The notes under the pieces were generated by a model. The model was not told where the DNA came from and ran no database searches. It saw only the letters and a list, made by a program, of their open reading frames with translations. Both the position numbers and the translations under genes were made by a program. Source: Bacilli bacterium (GTDB lineage: Bacteria > Bacillota_I > Bacilli_A > ML615J-28 > CAG-313). From it: 64,000 bases of DNA. The stretch is taken from NCBI GenBank assembly GCA_017501465.1, contig JAFVWY010000018.1, forward strand, positions 146,748 through 210,747, given 5' to 3'. Below, piece after piece: positions 50,863-61,899 of this stretch. Position 1 is the stretch's first letter; every line of letters begins with the position of its first letter.

Positions 50863-52876
50863 CTATAAAAGATTGTTTCACTTTTTAAAAGGTCGTTTTA
50901 GATATTTAATTGTTAGTTTAATAATGATTTTTATTATTCAACTATTAAACTTTATATCACCACTTATTGTAAAGACATTACTAGATGACTATATTATGGG
51001 GATTGAATATGATTGGGTAGAGGTTACAAGTGAAGATAAACACACTGTTAATTACTTAAACCGCATATTTAAGCAAGTTAGATATGTTGATAGTGATGAT
51101 GTAGTTATTAAAGATGTAAGTATTTTTATGTATGAGGGTAAAGTATATTTTGTTGATGAATTAATAGAGGTTGGTCAAAAAGAAGTTTTAAATAATCAGT
51201 TAACTATCACAAATGGTGAAAGTTCTTATACATATGATGCTTTATGTTTAACATCCGATGAAATTTATAGTTTTTATAATCCTATGTTATATTCGATTAT
51301 AATTATTATTTTAATACTATTTGTTAAATCAGTTTTAACTATTGTTTGTAACTTTGTTCAACAAATGTGTACCAATAGAAGTATTAACCGTATGGTAATG
51401 GATGAAAGAATTAATGGTATGAAAGCTATTGAAAGTTTACCAATATGTGAGTTTGAAAATGAACCAGCAGGTAAAATGGCAAGCCGAATTACTCATGATG
51501 TTGATGGTTTATTAATAATGTATCGTCAAATTCTTAATTTATTCTTTAGTGCTATTTTATCATTTGTTTTAGCTTATGTTGGTATGTTCCATCTAGATAC
51601 AAAACTTGCCTTACTTACACTTATTTTTTATCCATTTGTTTTCTTATGGATTAGACTATTTTTAAGACTATTAAAGAAAATATCCGAAAGAGTTAATGAA
51701 TCTCGTAGTATGTTAACTGCTAAAATTAATGAAATCATTAATGGTATTAATATCTTACAAATATTCAATTTTAAACATAAAACAATTAACGAATTTAATG
51801 AAATTAGTGAAGAATATAGAACTCAACAACTAAAAGGTGCTAAACTTAGTTTAACTAGTGGCTGGAATATGTTAAATGTTTTAAGAGGACTTATTACAAC
51901 TTTTGTTATAGCTTATTTTGGATGGCAATATACAAATGTTAAAGGAATCGTAGTCACTGCTGGTTTGGTGTATGCGTATAATGAATATATCCTAAAGTTA
52001 GTTGATCCTATTAATATTATATTTACGCAAATTAGTGCATTCCAAGATTCACATGTTCAAGTAAGAAGATATCATAAGTTAATAGAATCCAAAAAAGAAT
52101 CTTATGAAAAACATAGTATTAAAAGATATGATGGAAAAATTAAATTTGATAATATTTGGTTTAGTTATATTGAAGATAATTATGTTTTAAAGGGAGTATC
52201 ATTTGATGTAGAACCTGGACAAATGATTGGGTTAGTTGGTCATACAGGAAGTGGAAAAAGTTCACTAATTAATTTATTATTACGTTTTTACGACATTAAT
52301 AATGAATTAAGTGGTAAAATATATGTTGACGATATGGATATTACTCAAATTGAAAAAAGAACATATCGCGAGCATATTGGCATAGTTTTACAAGAGCCTG
52401 TTTTATTTAAAGGTACTATTGCGTCTAACATTAAATTTGGCAAAGAAGTATCTGATGAGGAAGTCGAAAAAGTCTTGACGATGATTGGTGGTAAAAAGAT
52501 TATTGATAAATTTCCTCAAGGCATTCATCAAAAGATTACTAGATCTGGTCTTAATATGAGTGCAGGCGAAAAGCAATTAATATCTCTTGCAAGAGTTTTA
52601 ATTCATGATCCTAGTATTTTAATAATGGATGAGGCAACATCACACATTGACTTAGAAACAGAAGAAATGGTTAAAAATGCATTACAAGTTGTATCTAAAG
52701 ATAGAACAGTGATTGTCATTGCTCACCGTTTATCGACAATATTTGATGCGGATAAAATCATTGTATTAGATCATGGTTTAAAAGTAGAAGAAGGTAGACA
52801 CGAAGAACTTGTTAAAGCTAATGGTGTTTATGCTAATATCTACAGGGCGCAAACTGCTAATATTAATTTAAAATAA
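50855..52876 (+). CDS. ABC exporter, fused permease/ATPase (YheH/BmrD-like)
   Basis: GHTGSGKS, MSAGEKQL, IMDEATSHID, AHRLST; large first extracellular loop. Confidence 0.93.
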   Translation: MNNYKRLFHFLKGRFRYLIVSLIMIFIIQLLNFISPLIVKTLLDDYIMGIEYDWVEVTSEDKHTVNYLNRIFKQVRYVDSDDVVIKDVSIFMYEGKVYFVDELIEVGQKEVLNNQLTITNGESSYTYDALCLTSDEIYSFYNPMLYSIIIIILILFVKSVLTIVCNFVQQMCTNRSINRMVMDERINGMKAIESLPICEFENEPAGKMASRITHDVDGLLIMYRQILNLFFSAILSFVLAYVGMFHLDTKLALLTLIFYPFVFLWIRLFLRLLKKISERVNESRSMLTAKINEIINGINILQIFNFKHKTINEFNEISEEYRTQQLKGAKLSLTSGWNMLNVLRGLITTFVIAYFGWQYTNVKGIVVTAGLVYAYNEYILKLVDPINIIFTQISAFQDSHVQVRRYHKLIESKKESYEKHSIKRYDGKIKFDNIWFSYIEDNYVLKGVSFDVEPGQMIGLVGHTGSGKSSLINLLLRFYDINNELSGKIYVDDMDITQIEKRTYREHIGIVLQEPVLFKGTIASNIKFGKEVSDEEVEKVLTMIGGKKIIDKFPQGIHQKITRSGLNMSAGEKQLISLARVLIHDPSILIMDEATSHIDLETEEMVKNALQVVSKDRTVIVIAHRLSTIFDADKIIVLDHGLKVEEGRHEELVKANGVYANIYRAQTANINLK

Positions 52877-52893
52877 GAAGGAAGGTAATTATA

Positions 52894-53691
52894 ATGAAAA
52901 AATATATTATAACTTTAATTATTCCTATTTTATTACTTACAACTACTGGATGTAATATAAATGGTGGTAAAAATGATTTAGTATTACCTAAAACATATGA
53001 AGAAGTAGAAGCTTTAATGCTTGCTTTACCATATTGTGAATATGATATAGATGATGCCATTAATGAAGAATTTGAAGAAGAAATTCCAGAAGGTACCCAT
53101 TTAGCTTTAGTTGCTGCTATGAATAAAGAATTTTTTATTGGTGTAAGTTTTATTGATGAAGAGTCTTTAGAAGATGGACGTGAATCAATGATCGCTTTAA
53201 TTGAAGAAGTAATAATTTATGAATTTGAACAAGATGTGGAAGATTTTACTATTTATGAAAATGATTGTTGGATTTATACTGGAACAAGTGACTTTGTTTC
53301 ATATTTTGAAGGTAAGAATAATGATTTTGTAAATCCTGAAGAAGTTTTCATTCCACTAGTTGTTATTAAATCTCGTTTACAAGCAGGAGCATTTGAAATA
53401 AATATTGAAGATGTTGAAGAAGATTCTATTGAATATATTACTTATGGAGCAAGAAAAATTATAACTGCCAAAAACTCTGCAGATAAAGAATTGATCGTTC
53501 TTTATCAAGTAGAATCGACTACTTCTGCCAATAAATATCGTTCTCAATTAATCGAAACTTTAGAAGATGATTATTTTAGTGTATTAATAGATAGACTAGG
53601 TTTTGAGATTAATCATTATAGCTATGGTACTTATGAAAATTATGTTTATGTAGGAACTGATCTTGCTATTTCATTTCTTAAAAATGAATAG
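52894..53691 (+). CDS. Acidic lipoprotein with internal duplication
   Basis: MKK-hydrophobic-TTGC lipobox; the two halves end in WIYTGT..VSYFE and YVYVGT..ISFLK. Confidence 0.75.
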   Translation: MKKYIITLIIPILLLTTTGCNINGGKNDLVLPKTYEEVEALMLALPYCEYDIDDAINEEFEEEIPEGTHLALVAAMNKEFFIGVSFIDEESLEDGRESMIALIEEVIIYEFEQDVEDFTIYENDCWIYTGTSDFVSYFEGKNNDFVNPEEVFIPLVVIKSRLQAGAFEINIEDVEEDSIEYITYGARKIITAKNSADKELIVLYQVESTTSANKYRSQLIETLEDDYFSVLIDRLGFEINHYSYGTYENYVYVGTDLAISFLKNE

Positions 53692-54009
53692 GATAAAAAT
53701 AAGAACTGATATTTCTTTTAGAAATATCAGTTTTTTAATTTTATAAAATATTTTATTATGATCTAATAAAAGATTACAAAAAAATAATAATAATGAATTA
53801 TATAAAGATATGATCAATTTTTGTATAGGAAATTTTTGTGTAAATTAATTTGAAAATAACACAAATTTAAAATATAGTAAAATCAAAATAACACGTATAC
53901 TTTAACGTAATGAAGATTAATTAAATACTCATATATTTGGTAAAATTTATTTATAAATGTTATAATGTTATAGATAAATACAGTTAAATGTACTTAAAGG
54001 AGAATTTTT

Positions 54010-55908
54010 ATGGAAAAAATAAGAATACAAGATGATTTATATACATTTGTAAATCAAGAAAAATTAGAAGAATTAGTAATTCCAGATGATCAACCATGTA
54101 CTGGTGGTTTCAATACTTTAGCAAATGGTGTTGAACAAATTATGATGAAAGAATTTAAAGATATGTCAACTAGTAAACAATATCCTAATGAATTCTTAAA
54201 AAATGCATGTACATTATTTGAAATGGCAAGAAATGTGGAAAAGAAAGAAAAGGATGGTATTAGTCCTGCATTAAATAATCTAGCTATATTAGATGAAATT
54301 GAAAGTATTGAAGAATTTTCTAAAGCATATAAAGAATTAATGTTAAGAGGTATTCCACTTCCTATTAAAGTAATGGTTGAAACTGATATGAAAAATACAG
54401 CTAATCATTTAGTTTATATTCAAGGTCCTGGAACAATTTTACCAGATGCATCTTATTATAAAGAAGAGATGGCACAACAAAAAGAAATGATTCTTGGTAT
54501 GTGGTCAAATATTGCAAGAATGATTCTAGCTAAATCAAATCTTTCAGAAGAAAATCAAAACCAATATTTAATGGATACTTTAGCATTTGATGCAGTTCTT
54601 GGAAGTTTAGTTAAAACTAGTGAAGAATGGTCTGAATATGTTGCTATGTATAACCCAATGAAAACTAGTAAAGTAGCAAATCTATTAAAAACTTTAAAAT
54701 TCAAAAACGTATTAAAAGATTTATTTAATGAAGTTCCAGAAATTATTATTGTGTCAGAACCTCGTTATGTTAAAAATTTTGTTAATGTATTTAATGAAGA
54801 AACATTTATTCAATATAAACACTGGGCATATGTTACTAATTTAATTAATTCTTGTACTTTATTATCAGAAGAATTAAGAGACTTAGGTAGTATGTATTAT
54901 AGAGCCTTAGCAGGCATTCCATCTGGAACACCAGTTGATAAATTTGCATATCAATTAGCTTCAAATGTATATTCAGAACCAGTTGGTTTATACTATGGAG
55001 AAAAATACTTTGGTGAAGAAGCTAAAAAAGATATTACAGAAATTGTTTATCAAATTATTGATACTTATAAATCTAGAATTAAAAATAATGATATTTTAGA
55101 AGAACAAACAAAAGAAAAAGCTATTTTAAAACTTTCTAAAATGGGTGTTAAAATGGGATACCCTGATAAAGTTGAAGAAATCTATACTAAATTAGTATTT
55201 GATGAAGAATCCTCTTTATTTGATGTTATGCGTTCACTTGATAGAGTTAGAACATTAGATAATTTAGAAAAATTACATAGACCAACTGATCCAACACATT
55301 GGGCAATGCCTGGTCATATGGTTAATGCATGTTATGATCCATTTGTAAATGACATTACATTCCCTGCTGCTATTCTTCAAGCTCCTTTTTATTCAATTAA
55401 ACAAACAAGAAGTGAAAATTTAGGTGGTATTGGTGCAGTTATCGGTCATGAAATTTCTCATGCATTTGACTCAAATGGTGCTAAATGTGATGAAAATGGT
55501 AACATTAATAATTGGTGGACAAAAGAAGATAACAAACGTTTTAATACTAAAGTAAAACAAATGGTTAAACAATTTGATGGTATTGAACTTCCATGGGGTA
55601 AAGTAAATGGTAAATTTATTGTTAGTGAAAACATGGCAGATAATGGTGGAATGGCAGTAACTTTAGAAATTATGTCAAAAACACCTAACGCTAAATACGA
55701 AGAATATTTTACTAACTGGGCTAAAGTTTGGTGCTTAAAAGCAAAACCTGAATACTTACAATTACTTCTAAATCTTGATGTACATGGACCTAGCATTTTA
55801 CGTGCTAATATGCCGCCTAGAAACTTTACAGAATGGTATGAAACATACAATGTTAAAAAAACTGACAAAATGTATATTTCACCTAGCAAGCGAGTAGTTA
55901 TTTGGTAA
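54010..55908 (+). CDS. pepO: M13 family endopeptidase
   Basis: RIQDDLY..VN, VNACY, GAVIGHEISHAFD, ENMAD, DVHGP..RAN. Confidence 0.95.
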   Translation: MEKIRIQDDLYTFVNQEKLEELVIPDDQPCTGGFNTLANGVEQIMMKEFKDMSTSKQYPNEFLKNACTLFEMARNVEKKEKDGISPALNNLAILDEIESIEEFSKAYKELMLRGIPLPIKVMVETDMKNTANHLVYIQGPGTILPDASYYKEEMAQQKEMILGMWSNIARMILAKSNLSEENQNQYLMDTLAFDAVLGSLVKTSEEWSEYVAMYNPMKTSKVANLLKTLKFKNVLKDLFNEVPEIIIVSEPRYVKNFVNVFNEETFIQYKHWAYVTNLINSCTLLSEELRDLGSMYYRALAGIPSGTPVDKFAYQLASNVYSEPVGLYYGEKYFGEEAKKDITEIVYQIIDTYKSRIKNNDILEEQTKEKAILKLSKMGVKMGYPDKVEEIYTKLVFDEESSLFDVMRSLDRVRTLDNLEKLHRPTDPTHWAMPGHMVNACYDPFVNDITFPAAILQAPFYSIKQTRSENLGGIGAVIGHEISHAFDSNGAKCDENGNINNWWTKEDNKRFNTKVKQMVKQFDGIELPWGKVNGKFIVSENMADNGGMAVTLEIMSKTPNAKYEEYFTNWAKVWCLKAKPEYLQLLLNLDVHGPSILRANMPPRNFTEWYETYNVKKTDKMYISPSKRVVIW

Positions 55909-56495
55909 GTTTAAAAAGCGAGAAGACATTAAAAGTTTTATCTATAATCATATTTATCATATATATTATATTACTTCTTTGGGTAGTGGTTTTTAAATGT
56001 AATTTATTAAATTCCATTAAAATGACTTATGAATACTTAAGTAGTAAAACTTTAAAAGAACGTTTCAATTGTTTTATTGTTCCATTTAATGATTATTTTA
56101 TGGAACCATTTAACAAACAAAGAATGAATACTTTTAAAGATGATATGTTAAATATAACAATCTTTATGCCATTAGGATTATATCTATCATATTTCATAAA
56201 AAGTAAAAAGTTTCTTAATGTTTTAATATGTTCAATTAGTTTGAGTATCTTATTTGAAATATTTCAATTATTTAGTTTGATTGGTTCATTCGCAACAAAA
56301 GATTTTATGACTAATTGTTTAGGTGGTATATTTGGATATTTAATTTATAAATTGGTTTATAAAGAAAATAAGAATAATAGATTGATACTTAATATTTGTT
56401 CTTTTTTAGTGATTTTAATATTTTTACCAATAGCTTGTTATGCTGTAGTTAATACGATTAAAAATTTAGACTTTTATGTAAGTTTATTTAATTAA
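55902..56495 (+). CDS. VanZ-like membrane protein
   Basis: LNITIFMPLG, SILFEIFQL, DFMTNCLGG; several TM helices. Confidence 0.8.
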   Translation: MVSLKSEKTLKVLSIIIFIIYIILLLWVVVFKCNLLNSIKMTYEYLSSKTLKERFNCFIVPFNDYFMEPFNKQRMNTFKDDMLNITIFMPLGLYLSYFIKSKKFLNVLICSISLSILFEIFQLFSLIGSFATKDFMTNCLGGIFGYLIYKLVYKENKNNRLILNICSFLVILIFLPIACYAVVNTIKNLDFYVSLFN

Positions 56496-56505
56496 GGAGA
56501 GTAAT

Positions 56506-57420
56506 ATGAAAAGTTTTAAAAAAGTTCCAATTTTAGATAATTTTTATCAATCTTCATCTTTCTTTCCTATGCCTTTAACTTTAATAGGTACATTAGATGA
56601 AAAAGGAAATACTAGTTTTGGAGCGTATAGTTTAGTATTCCCATATTATATTGCGGGGAAAGACTTTTATGCAATGGTATTAGAGGTCAGAAACTCATCT
56701 AATACTTGTAAACATTTATTAAGAAATGGTAAATGTACAATTAACTTTTTACCATATTCTAGAAAGATTTTTAAAGAACATGTAAGACTTGGTTTTCCTG
56801 GTGATACACCAGAAGAAAAAATGAAAGATTTCAAATTCCATTTAGAAGACGGTTTATCTTGTGAAAAAAATAAAGATGAAGCATATCCTAAAATTATTAC
56901 AGAAGCCTTACAAGTATTTGAATGTAGTTGGGTAAAAGAGTTAGATAATGCTGAAAACGACCAAGTTCAAGATGAATATAATGGTCCTTATCATAATTTT
57001 AATGGTATTACTTCTAAATATGGTGCACACTTTATTTTAAAAATTGATAATATTTTATTAAAAGAAAAATATGCATTATCAATTGAAAAAGGTGTAACAA
57101 AGAAAAACTTCTGTCCAGTACCTACTAATTTTGGTTACCGTGATAGTAAGAATTTTTGGTGTTCTGATTATAAAAAAGCTGATTATGAAGAAATTATGGA
57201 TAAAGAAGTGGATATTACTTCAGTAAAATATGCAGCTGAACGAGCTGATGATGTTGTAAAATTCTCAGAAGAAGCTTTGAAAATGATGGTAAAAATTCCT
57301 CGCCCTTTCTTAAAATTAGTTCTTGCTGGTTGTGTAAAATGGGCAAAAGAAAATAATTGTACATTAATTACTGAAAAAGAAATGGCAATTATAAATGAAA
57401 ATCGTAAAAAGAAAAAATAA
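56506..57420 (+). CDS. Flavin reductase-like protein with C-terminal PCP_red-like domain
   Basis: FPMPLTLIGT..G.TSFGAYS, SNTCKHLLRNGKCTINF; tail FSEEALKMMVKIPRPF..WAKENNCTLIT. Confidence 0.6.
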   Translation: MKSFKKVPILDNFYQSSSFFPMPLTLIGTLDEKGNTSFGAYSLVFPYYIAGKDFYAMVLEVRNSSNTCKHLLRNGKCTINFLPYSRKIFKEHVRLGFPGDTPEEKMKDFKFHLEDGLSCEKNKDEAYPKIITEALQVFECSWVKELDNAENDQVQDEYNGPYHNFNGITSKYGAHFILKIDNILLKEKYALSIEKGVTKKNFCPVPTNFGYRDSKNFWCSDYKKADYEEIMDKEVDITSVKYAAERADDVVKFSEEALKMMVKIPRPFLKLVLAGCVKWAKENNCTLITEKEMAIINENRKKKK

Positions 57421-57531
57421 TAAAAATTAAACACGAACTTAAAAAGTTCGTGTTTTTTATTTTAGATAAATGACAATCAATTACTTTTGTGATATAATAT
57501 TACTATCAAAATATATAGGAACTAATAAAAT

Positions 57532-58017
57532 ATGAGAACATTTAAAATTTATTTAAGTTTAATTCTATTAGGACTAATACCTTTAGTGCTTTTATCAATA
57601 ATGAGTTTTGCAAGCGTTGATGAACAACATACTTTTTGCATAAGTCCTAGATATTGTAGATATTATAATTGTAGTGATGAAGAATGTTTTGAGACAAAAA
57701 CAGTTATTAGAAGAAGAAGTTTATCTTTATTTGAAGCAATAGAAATGCATCCTCTATTAGTAGTATTTATTTTAGTCGCTATCGTTTCTTATACTTTATT
57801 TATTATCGCATTAAAAAAGAATGCTTATTCTTATATTGGATATGAGGACTTAGGACTCCTAGGTATAATTAGTATGGGTCTTTATATTTTAAATGGTGTC
57901 TTATTATGTATAGTTCCAATGTTTTTATTTAAACAAGTAGGTCATGGACCTTTATTTGTTATGTTAGTAATGGGAATTGTTCCCTTTATTGTAAGACCAA
58001 TTGTGGTTGATTGGTAG
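57532..58017 (+). CDS. Hypothetical membrane protein
   Basis: About four hydrophobic segments and a Cys-rich loop. Confidence 0.65.
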   Translation: MRTFKIYLSLILLGLIPLVLLSIMSFASVDEQHTFCISPRYCRYYNCSDEECFETKTVIRRRSLSLFEAIEMHPLLVVFILVAIVSYTLFIIALKKNAYSYIGYEDLGLLGIISMGLYILNGVLLCIVPMFLFKQVGHGPLFVMLVMGIVPFIVRPIVVDW

Positions 58018-58029
58018 AAAGGACTAAAT

Positions 58030-58770
58030 ATGTATAAATTTGATGTTGAAGATGCTACAAAAAAATGTGTAGAATGGATCAGAAAGTTTTTTGAAGAAAA
58101 TGGTAAAGGATGTAATGCAGTTCTTGGCATTAGTGGGGGAAAAGATTCAAGTGTTGCTGCCGCGTTATGTGTTGAGGCATTAGGAAAAGATCGTGTTATT
58201 GGGGTATTATTACCAGAAGGTGAACAAAAAGATATTCAAGATGCTTATGATTTATGTCATCATTTAGGTATTAAATATTATGAATGTAATATTTTAGGAA
58301 TGGTAGAAGAAGCTTTTAAATCTTTAGGTGTTATTGATATTTCAGAACAAACTAAGATTAATATAAAACCACGTATTAGAATGACTATGATTTATGCAGT
58401 ATCACAATCAATGAATGGCCGAGTGGTTAATACTTGTAATTTAAGTGAAGACTATGTAGGATACTCAACAAGATACGGTGATTCTGTTGGTGATTTTTCA
58501 CCAATCTCTGGATTTACTGTAACTGAGGTAAAACAAATAGGCGCTTATTTAGGACTCCCTTCATTTTTAGTTGATAAAGTTCCTAGTGATGGATTATGTG
58601 GGTATACTGATGAAGATAGATTAGGTTTTAAATATAGTGACTTAGATAAATATATAAGAGAAGGAATAGAACCTGAAATTACTATTAAAAATAGAATAGA
58701 TCACTTACATAAAATAAATCAATTTAAACTAGAATTGATGCCATCATATAAATACTTTGATGAGGAATAA
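58030..58770 (+). CDS. nadE: NH3-dependent NAD+ synthetase
   Basis: VLGISGGKDS, NIKPRIRM, NLSE..GYSTRYGD, KVPSDGL, TDED. Confidence 0.95.
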   Translation: MYKFDVEDATKKCVEWIRKFFEENGKGCNAVLGISGGKDSSVAAALCVEALGKDRVIGVLLPEGEQKDIQDAYDLCHHLGIKYYECNILGMVEEAFKSLGVIDISEQTKINIKPRIRMTMIYAVSQSMNGRVVNTCNLSEDYVGYSTRYGDSVGDFSPISGFTVTEVKQIGAYLGLPSFLVDKVPSDGLCGYTDEDRLGFKYSDLDKYIREGIEPEITIKNRIDHLHKINQFKLELMPSYKYFDEE

Positions 58771-58771
58771 T

Positions 58772-61060
58772 ATGCAAAAAGTAGAAGAATTAAAAAGAAT
58801 TAGTAAAAATGCTAAAATATTCATAAAACCTAATAAAAATGAAGATGCATCCACTAGATGGCAAAATAAGGCTGTAAAACGCTCCAAAAATGTATTTTCT
58901 AACCTTTCTTTAGATAAATTATCATATAATGAAAATCAAACATTAAAAATCGAAAATAATAATGTCATTATGGAAGGTTCTACTACTGTTATTAAATCGG
59001 GACCACGACCAACATTGAGTTTTATTTTAAAATTTGATGGAGAAAATTTTGAAGAATACAATAGACTTTCTTTTGATGTTTTAATTGAATCTGTTGGCTA
59101 TACTAATTTTTATTTTCATTTTGGTCTTCTAAATAATGATAAATGGGTTCATGATGCACCTAGTTTAAATCCTAATGAAGTAAACCATATCGTATGGGAA
59201 ATTGGAAAACATCAAAGAGATAATGTAAAAGGTATTCAAGTGGCATGTTTTATGATGGGAACACCACCTGAGGCGTTACCTAATATTAAAGTAGTCGTCA
59301 GTAAAATTAGTTTTGATGAGGTTGAGTTAGAATACGATTATGGGTGGGATTTAGAAGATAGAATAGCTTTTTCCCATGTTGGATACTTCCCAAATCAAAA
59401 CAAGATTGCAATTACATCTAGTAATATAGAAAAGTTTAATTTATTAAATGAAAGAAAAGAAGTTGTTTTAAGCAAACCAACAACTAAAGTTGATAATGAA
59501 TTGGGAAGTTTTAGTTTACTAGATTTTTCTGAAATTAGTACTCCTGGCATATATATGTTGGAGGTAAATAACACTATTTCTAAACCATTTGAAATATCAA
59601 AGTCTTGTTATGATTCATCTGTTTGGAAAAGCTTAAACTTTTTGAGATTATTAAGATGTGGAACAGATGTTCCTCATGTTCATTCTGAATGTCACCTAAA
59701 TTGCAGAACTGTAACTGAAGATGGTAGAAGTCTTCCTAACTTTGGTGGTTGGCATGATGCGGGTGATGTATCTCAATTTGAAATATGTACTGCTGAAATG
59801 GCCCATGCTTTACTAGATTTTGCTGATAGTATTACAGATAAAGATTTGGATTTATATGAAAGAGTATTGGAAGAAGCAAAAGTTGGTGTAACATGGATAT
59901 TAAGAACGCGTTTTGGAGATGGTCAAAGAGCGTTAGCGGTTTTATATAATGTATGGCGAGATTTTGTTCATCTACCAGTTGATGATACTATTGCTAAGAA
60001 TGTGGCTGAAAATGGTCCTTTTGAAAACTTTACAGCTTCCGCATGTGAGGCAAAAGCAGCAGTTAGTTTTAAAGAAATAGATCCAATTTATGCAGATTGG
60101 TGTAGAAGAAGTGCTATTGAAGATTTCGATTTTGCAAGAGTTGGTTACTTACAAGGAATTCATACTAAACGTTGGGGAAGTAATGTTGACTCACAAGTGG
60201 CGGGTCATGGAATGATTGCTGCATGTGAATTATATAAACTTACAAATGACAATATGTATTTAGATGTTGCTAATGAATATGCTAAAATCGTTATGTCATG
60301 TCAAGAAACCAAAGGTATTGGGGATGAAGAAATAAAAGGTTTCTTCTATGAAGATCCAAATCATAAGTATATGTTGACATATGAACATAGAGGTCATGAA
60401 CAATCTCCAATTCATGGTCTTGTTATGTATTTAGAATTATGTCAAGATCAAGAAATGTATAATTCAATTAAACAAAGCATAATGTTATATAGAGAGTACA
60501 TTTTAAAAACAATCAAAGATGCATATCCATATCAAATGATGCCTGGTCATATATATATTTTAGATAAATTCAATATGGAAAGATTTACTGTCCCTGCTTC
60601 ATACGGAACAATTGAATGGGCTTTATCTAATTTACAAGAACAAGCTAAATGTGGTAGAAAAATATCAGAAAATGCTTATATTAGAAAATTTCCAGTGTCT
60701 ATTCAAAGAAGAGGTTTCCATGCAACATTATTAAGTAAAACTAAAGCAGTATCAATGATTGCTAAAGTTTTAAATGATCTAGAACTTAAACAAATTGTTA
60801 TTGACCAATTTGAATGGATTTTTGGCAAAAATCCATTTGCATCTAGTACAATGTATGGAGAAGGTTATAATTACCATCCGTTGTATGTAGCGTTCTCTCC
60901 ACAAATGGTTGGTGCACTTCCAGTTGGTATTGAAACTTTAGGATTATTAGATAAGCCATATTGGCCGATGGCAACACAAGCTGTTTATAAAGAAATTTGG
61001 GGTCATACAACCGGCAAATATTTATGGGCTTTAGCTGATATTATTTCAATGGAGAATTAA
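58772..61060 (+). CDS. Glycoside hydrolase family 9-like protein
   Basis: Ig-like SHVGYFPNQNKIA..DFSEISTPG, GGWHDAGD, WIFGKNPF..MYGEG; no signal peptide. Confidence 0.8.
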   Translation: MQKVEELKRISKNAKIFIKPNKNEDASTRWQNKAVKRSKNVFSNLSLDKLSYNENQTLKIENNNVIMEGSTTVIKSGPRPTLSFILKFDGENFEEYNRLSFDVLIESVGYTNFYFHFGLLNNDKWVHDAPSLNPNEVNHIVWEIGKHQRDNVKGIQVACFMMGTPPEALPNIKVVVSKISFDEVELEYDYGWDLEDRIAFSHVGYFPNQNKIAITSSNIEKFNLLNERKEVVLSKPTTKVDNELGSFSLLDFSEISTPGIYMLEVNNTISKPFEISKSCYDSSVWKSLNFLRLLRCGTDVPHVHSECHLNCRTVTEDGRSLPNFGGWHDAGDVSQFEICTAEMAHALLDFADSITDKDLDLYERVLEEAKVGVTWILRTRFGDGQRALAVLYNVWRDFVHLPVDDTIAKNVAENGPFENFTASACEAKAAVSFKEIDPIYADWCRRSAIEDFDFARVGYLQGIHTKRWGSNVDSQVAGHGMIAACELYKLTNDNMYLDVANEYAKIVMSCQETKGIGDEEIKGFFYEDPNHKYMLTYEHRGHEQSPIHGLVMYLELCQDQEMYNSIKQSIMLYREYILKTIKDAYPYQMMPGHIYILDKFNMERFTVPASYGTIEWALSNLQEQAKCGRKISENAYIRKFPVSIQRRGFHATLLSKTKAVSMIAKVLNDLELKQIVIDQFEWIFGKNPFASSTMYGEGYNYHPLYVAFSPQMVGALPVGIETLGLLDKPYWPMATQAVYKEIWGHTTGKYLWALADIISMEN

Positions 61061-61061
61061 T

Positions 61062-61829
61062 ATGAAAGATAAAATTGTTGTATTTGATTCCGGTCTTGGT
61101 GGATTAAATATTTATAAGACATTAACTAATAAATACCCTAATGAAAATTATATATATTTTGCAGATGAATTGTATTTGCCATATGGAACTAAAAGTGTTG
61201 AATTTTTAAAACAAAGAATAAGATCTATTATCGAATATTTTAAAGATGCGAAAGCCATTGTTATAGCGTGTAATACAGCTTCTTCTATTTATCGATTACT
61301 AGATTTAAACTATCCAAATGTTTATGAAATAATAGATGTTACAAGTCAGTATGCCTATAATACTTCTAGAAATAAAAGAATTGGAGTTATTGCAACTGAT
61401 CTTACTATTGAACTTGGGATGTACCAAGATGCATTAAATAAATTAAATGCTAAAGTATTTCCATTAAAATATAGTGAACTTGTAGATTTTATTGAAGGTA
61501 AAGATCAGTATTCAGAAGAAGAATACTTAAGAATAGTAAATGAATCTTTAAAAGATAAATTTTCTTTTTTTAAGGATAGTGATATTGATTCACTAATTTG
61601 CGGTTGCACACATTTTGGTTATTTAATTGATGAGTATAAAAAACATTTAACTGTTTCTAATTATGTAATATCAGATGATGCAGTTTGTGAATTTTTAGAA
61701 AATAAAATTAAATTTGCTAATAATTTAAATCCTAGTCGAGAAATCTATACAAGTGGTGATGCTTTCGAATTTAGTTCAAAAATCAAAAAAATTGGTTTTT
61801 CAGAAACAGTTAGTTCCCTAGTAGTTTAA
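61062..61829 (+). CDS. murI: Glutamate racemase
   Basis: FDSGLGG, PYGTKS, IACNTAS, GCTHF. Confidence 0.95.
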   Translation: MKDKIVVFDSGLGGLNIYKTLTNKYPNENYIYFADELYLPYGTKSVEFLKQRIRSIIEYFKDAKAIVIACNTASSIYRLLDLNYPNVYEIIDVTSQYAYNTSRNKRIGVIATDLTIELGMYQDALNKLNAKVFPLKYSELVDFIEGKDQYSEEEYLRIVNESLKDKFSFFKDSDIDSLICGCTHFGYLIDEYKKHLTVSNYVISDDAVCEFLENKIKFANNLNPSREIYTSGDAFEFSSKIKKIGFSETVSSLVV

Positions 61830-61838
61830 TCTTAATAT

Positions 61839-61867
61839 TTGACAAATTGACTTTAAAATGTTATAAT
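61839..61867 (+). promoter_or_regulatory. Consensus sigmaA promoter
   Basis: TTGACA-17 bp-TATAAT with TG extension. Confidence 0.85.
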
Positions 61868-61899
61868 ATTGTGTATTTTTAAGAAAGGAATAAAAGAAT

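Noticed and set aside
58030-58770. nadE as part of an NAD-related defence or counter-defence module linked to the TIR genes
   Set aside because: It is 30 kb from the nearest TIR gene and sits among core genes; ordinary housekeeping
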